A DNA stretch of 29,835 nucleotides from a virus (lineage: Duplodnaviria; Caudoviricetes): the IMG/VR virus record IMGVR_UViG_3300033407_000092, positions 1-29,835 of that record; one strand, 5' to 3'. The notes under the pieces are model-generated. The model made no database searches. It was not told where the DNA came from and saw only the letters and a program-made list of their open reading frames with translations. The position numbers and the translations under genes were made by a program. The stretch's first letter is position 1; each line of letters begins with the position of its first letter. This document shows, in pieces, positions 26,001-29,835 of the stretch.

Positions 26001-28468
26001 AAAAGGAGGCCCCCAAGTATATTAACGAATTCTAAGAGTTCATCGTCTTCTCGACGTATTCTAGCATTTATTGATGACGTTGACTTGCCTTTGCCGGCCG
26101 AACCGCCATAGAATTTTTTTCCAAAACGATTATCAGTAGTAGACGGCACTATAGACGGAATGCCAACACTAGCAGTACCGAATATCTCTCCACTAGATAT
26201 ACCTGTAGGCGATAGTGTAACCGCGCCAGTAGTTATAACGGCTGTCCCAAACGATTCTGCGCTTGCTATTCCTGTGGGCGATAAGACATCACCGGCAGTA
26301 ACCACCGCCGTTCCGAACGATTCTGCGCTTGCTATTCCTGTGGGCGATAAGGTAACCGCGCCAGTAGTTATAACGGCTGTTCCGAATGATTCCGCGCTTG
26401 CTATTCCTGTGGGCGATAAGGTAACCGCGCCAGTAGTTATAACGGCCGTTCCGAACGATTCTGCGCTTGCTATTCCCGTGGGAGCCAGGTCAACAGAACT
26501 AGTTATAACGGCCGTTCCGAACGATTCTGCGCTTGCTATTCCTGTGGGCGATAGGGTAACCGCGCCGGTAGTTATAACCGCCGTTCCAAAGGATTCTGCG
26601 CTTGCTATTCCTGTGGGCGATAATATAACAGTATTAGCAACTATAGCCGTTCCGAACGATTCTGCGCTTGCTATTCCTGTGGGCGATAACGTAACCGCGC
26701 CAGTAGTTATAGCGGCCGTTCCAAACGATTCTGCGCTTGCTATTCCTGTGGGCGATAGGGTAACCGCGCCGGTAGTTATAACGGCTGTTCCGAATGATTC
26801 CGCGCTTGCTATTCCTGTTGGCGATAATGTAACCGCGCCAGTAGTTATAGCGGCCGTTCCGAACGATTCTGCGCTTGCTATTCCCGTGGGCGATAAGATT
26901 ACCCCACCCGTAACCACTGCCGTTCCAAACGATTCTGCGCTTGCTATTCCTGTGGGCGATAGGGTAACCGCGCCGGTAGTTATAACGGCTGTTCCGAACA
27001 ATTCTGCGCTTGCTATTCCTGTGGGAGCCAGGTCAACAGAACTAGTTATAACGGCCGTTCCGAACGATTCCGCGCTTGCTATTCCTGTGGGCGATAGAGT
27101 AACCGCGCCAGTAGTTATAACTGCTGTTCCGAACGATTCTGCGCTTGCTATTCCTGTGGGAGCCAGGTCAACAGAACTAGTTATAACGGCCGTTCCGAAC
27201 GATTCCGCGCTTGCTATTCCTGTGGGCGATAGAGTAACCGCGCCAGTAGTTATAACTGCTGTTCCGAACGATTCTGCGCTTGCTATTCCTGTGGGCGATA
27301 GAGTAACCGCGCCAGTAGTTATAACTGCTGTTCCGAACGATTCTGCGCTTGCTATTCCTGTGGGCGATAAGTTAGTAATATTAGCAACTGTCGCCGTTCC
27401 GAATGATTCCGCGCTTGCTATTCCTGTGGGGGACAGGGTAACAGCGCCAGTAGTTATAACGGCTGTTCCAAATGATTCCGCGCTTGCTATTCCTGTGGGC
27501 GATATATCTTGTGAGGCTACACCCACAAAAAAATCCGCGCCAATAGACCAGGTACCGGTTATGGCGTCACCATCTATATCTATCGAATCTGTGACCCCGC
27601 TTAGGTCCACGCCAAAATCTAATGCGCCGGTATCAGAGGAACCTAAGTGGAAGTTGTCGCTCGCTTCATTGGCAAAAGTAAAAGTCTGGCTTACCCTATC
27701 GTTGGTGTTAGTTGAATAGCCAGCACCAAAAGTACTGCCATCAGTAGCGTTATAATCAGAAGATGAAGATACGGTGTCGAATATACCGCTAGTACTGCCT
27801 TTGATTAAGTTATTTTTAAATACGGCAAGAGCCGACCCGGTAGATTTATGTATATATTCGCAGTCCACAAACGTATTATTATATAAGTCGGTAGCAGCAC
27901 CAGCGGAATTAAGAAGCGCAGTACCAGCGAGGTCATAAAAAATATTGAAGGCTATTAAAGCAGGTTCGGCATAAGCCTTTCGTATAGCGGCCTCGGTCGA
28001 GTCTGTGCCGACCTGTTTAAATATATTTCTTGAAAGTTTGGTATCTTCTGAGCTTGTGCCTAGATATACCCAACCACTCAAGTTATACGTACCCGTATAC
28101 GAGAACTGCAGGTATTCCACGTTTACGTGACGCGCACTAACTCCAAGTAGTATACCGCTAGCAGTATCACTTTCTATACGGTATGCTGAAGTTGAGTAGA
28201 CACCGGCGTGCCTGCCGGAGGTGTGCCCTCGTATTGTTATCTGGCCGCCACCGTTTACGTTCCAGCCTGAAAAGGTGACGGGTGTGTCAGCCGTTGTACC
28301 TTTACATTCAAATATTATATGTGCACCGCCACCAACAGTGCCCTGACGCGCGGCCTCTGCAGCAGATAAAGACGCATACGCAGCAGTAGAACCGGATAGT
28401 ACGTCAATACCACCGGTTCCGTCACCGCCAGCTGACGCGGTATTTACATAATAGAAGGTATCAGCCAT
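25997..28468 (-). CDS. Putative virion fibre/adhesin: beta-helix-like head plus a 20-repeat stalk
   Basis: N-terminal NIF/NNTF/KNN beta-helix-like strands and FHL...GA.D.G...DIDG...W.IGAD; 20 copies of L(S/A)PTGIASAESFGTA... Confidence 0.75.
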   Translation of the reverse strand: MADTFYYVNTASAGGDGTGGIDVLSGSTAAYASLSAAEAARQGTVGGGAHIIFECKGTTADTPVTFSGWNVNGGGQITIRGHTSGRHAGVYSTSAYRIESDTASGILLGVSARHVNVEYLQFSYTGTYNLSGWVYLGTSSEDTKLSRNIFKQVGTDSTEAAIRKAYAEPALIAFNIFYDLAGTALLNSAGAATDLYNNTFVDCEYIHKSTGSALAVFKNNLIKGSTSGIFDTVSSSSDYNATDGSTFGAGYSTNTNDRVSQTFTFANEASDNFHLGSSDTGALDFGVDLSGVTDSIDIDGDAITGTWSIGADFFVGVASQDISPTGIASAESFGTAVITTGAVTLSPTGIASAESFGTATVANITNLSPTGIASAESFGTAVITTGAVTLSPTGIASAESFGTAVITTGAVTLSPTGIASAESFGTAVITSSVDLAPTGIASAESFGTAVITTGAVTLSPTGIASAESFGTAVITSSVDLAPTGIASAELFGTAVITTGAVTLSPTGIASAESFGTAVVTGGVILSPTGIASAESFGTAAITTGAVTLSPTGIASAESFGTAVITTGAVTLSPTGIASAESFGTAAITTGAVTLSPTGIASAESFGTAIVANTVILSPTGIASAESFGTAVITTGAVTLSPTGIASAESFGTAVITSSVDLAPTGIASAESFGTAVITTGAVTLSPTGIASAESFGTAVITTGAVTLSPTGIASAESFGTAVVTAGDVLSPTGIASAESFGTAVITTGAVTLSPTGISSGEIFGTASVGIPSIVPSTTDNRFGKKFYGGSAGKGKSTSSINARIRREDDELLEFVNILGGLLL
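26162..27505 (-). repeat. Coding tandem repeat, 20 units of 66/69 bp
   Basis: Counted from the translation; units are 22 or 23 aa, all in frame. Confidence 0.95.
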
Positions 28469-28859
28469 TTAGGGTATCTTTTAATAGTCTAAGCATACGT
28501 TTCCAGGTTATGGTTAGATGCTTGTCAGTTAAAAGTGAACTCGCCTCGGACGTATTAATCTCGTTGATATCTATTACGCGTCTACGGCGTCTTAACATCT
28601 CAGGATTTTCGTCTTCAGGATTTACTATTACGACGGGTATTTCTTTGAATACGGGTTCTAAAAAAAAGTCGCGCGCAGCTGATAGCGACGCGAAAGGTGT
28701 GTCAAGCACATCTATAGTATAGAACGTATGCAATTGACGCTGTATCTTATTTATAGGATACACTTCTACTAGGCCGTATTTCTCGTACCTCAAAGAAAGC
28801 TGCTCGGTTTCATGAGTCTTATCTTCGGCCATAATTAATAATGTGACGGGCATAGCCAT
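28461..28859 (-). CDS. Hypothetical protein
   Basis: ATG 28859 follows GGAGGTGG; overlaps the start of the fibre-like gene. Confidence 0.7.
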   Translation of the reverse strand: MAMPVTLLIMAEDKTHETEQLSLRYEKYGLVEVYPINKIQRQLHTFYTIDVLDTPFASLSAARDFFLEPVFKEIPVVIVNPEDENPEMLRRRRRVIDINEINTSEASSLLTDKHLTITWKRMLRLLKDTLNG

Positions 28860-28951
28860 AACCACCTCCATAAAAACTTAAATACGTATATTAATAGCCA
28901 GTTAGAGAGGGGGGCTAGAACGGCGCTATAACCGGTTACATGAATCGCTAA

Positions 28952-29353
28952 TTAGATTTTAAAGATTTTATCGCCGCCACTGTCCCATGTTACAGTGATA
29001 TCCCCGCCATTAGGGGTTACAGGTAGACCTGTTGCGGTATCAATGTACGCGATTAACGGGCTGGTGGACGCAGTGCCTGTATCTTTATATACAACAAGAA
29101 TTTCAGATACAGCTCCTGATACAGCTGTGAACGTTATATCTGCCGCGTCGAAAACGCCGAGGGTGGTAGTTTTACTTGCTAGATTTCCAGATGTCGCGAT
29201 AACAGAAGTGATGTCGTCAAGAAACTCGTCAACGTCAATACTTACAGTGTACACCGCAGAATCAACTAAAACCACTTTGATATCATCAACTAATAGGTCG
29301 ATATCACCATCCAAAAATTTTTTTCTCGCTAGACCATAAATTGCATTAGCCAT
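28952..29353 (-). CDS. Conserved phage virion/tail-associated protein
   Basis: MANAIY...FL.G.ID...D.IKV.LV, GVFDAAD.TF and PLIAYID..GLPVTPNGGDITV.W resemble a widespread beta-rich family found beside tail genes. Confidence 0.75.
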   Translation of the reverse strand: MANAIYGLARKKFLDGDIDLLVDDIKVVLVDSAVYTVSIDVDEFLDDITSVIATSGNLASKTTTLGVFDAADITFTAVSGAVSEILVVYKDTGTASTSPLIAYIDTATGLPVTPNGGDITVTWDSGGDKIFKI

Positions 29354-29370
29354 GATTTTGTTCCTCAGTG

Positions 29371-29670
29371 TTATTTATTAACTTTAGCTCTAATACGTGT
29401 CATGAATCCGCGTGAATCGCGTTCAATATCCAGCGTAAAGCCGTCTGGTTTGGATTCCATTGAATATATCAGCTGCGCGAGTCCATTCTGTAAAGCTTCG
29501 TTAGAATCCTTAATAGCTGTTAATACATCCCTGTTATCCATGATAATGAGTTTTGAAGGCTCTGTTTCAGGTGCGGGTATCGGGTTATCAGCCTTGATAG
29601 TTTTAATCCCCTCGCCTTCTTCATAGACTGTAAACCCCTCGTTTTCAAAGTCTTGTATTGTTCTACCCAT
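29371..29670 (-). CDS. Hypothetical protein in the virion module
   Basis: GAGGTG RBS; C-terminal F.I.RD..G.M..I.A motif. Confidence 0.75.
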   Translation of the reverse strand: MGRTIQDFENEGFTVYEEGEGIKTIKADNPIPAPETEPSKLIIMDNRDVLTAIKDSNEALQNGLAQLIYSMESKPDGFTLDIERDSRGFMTRIRAKVNK

Positions 29671-29833
29671 AAATGCACCTCAACAATTTAGTCGCTAGGT
29701 CGCGTTTTTTACGTGTTTGTCGTAAAACGGTCTCCGCGTCAGCTTGTACAACCTGTACTTTACCATGTTTCCCGGTGACTTTTCTAGTTAATTTTATTTC
29801 AGCCAATGGAGTTACGGCTCCAGTTTGTGCCTG
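29663..29833 (-). CDS. Partial (5'-truncated) CDS, probably a virion protein C-terminus
   Basis: Open frame QAQTGAVTPLAEIKL...RDLATKLLRCIYG* whose stop overlaps the start of 29670. Confidence 0.6.
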   Translation of the reverse strand, partial: QAQTGAVTPLAEIKLTRKVTGKHGKVQVVQADAETVLRQTRKKRDLATKLLRCIYG

Positions 29834-29835
29834 GA

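Noticed and set aside
26160-27719. CRISPR array, or a 519-aa + strand protein
   Set aside because: The putative spacers are themselves repeated, units are 66/69 bp in frame with third-position variation on the - strand; it is a coding repeat and the + ORF is its mirror.

Overview
About 30 kb of a tailed dsDNA phage genome, probably podovirus-like, with a Gram-negative host (inferred from an outer-membrane beta-barrel gene). It uses the standard genetic code. I saw no integrase, tRNA, CRISPR array, reverse transcriptase or IS in the window. Layout: (1) 1-9.5 kb, + strand accessory cluster with three paralog pairs (two Cys-x-x repeat proteins, two DUF7666-like 9-aa-repeat proteins, two small acidic proteins), a T7-lysozyme-like amidase, an apparently two-domain terminase small subunit and many small ORFs. 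(2) 9.6-14.5 kb, - strand operon: VRR-NUC nuclease, SNF2-like helicase, a PagP-like outer-membrane protein and a RepB-type primase-helicase. (3) 14.6-22.7 kb, + strand: RHH regulator, DUF2800/Cas4-like nuclease, putative SSB, family A DNA polymerase, DNA methyltransferase, HTH protein and terminase large subunit. (4) 22.7 kb to the end, - strand virion genes including an LPD38-like protein and a 20-repeat fibre-like protein. The strongest unexplained signal is non-coding: three compact units of sigma70-like promoter, structured RNA and terminator (6791->6679, 9631->9519, 12045->12131). One displays a loop complementary to the AAG(G)GTAG ribosome-binding motif used by many of the phage's own genes, one is antisense to the primase leader, and one can fold as a pseudoknot. 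Other oddities: terS and terL are about 14.7 kb apart, and one duplication has 55/56-nt identical non-coding flanks around proteins that are only about 55% identical. All family assignments are from motif recognition by eye, not database searches.
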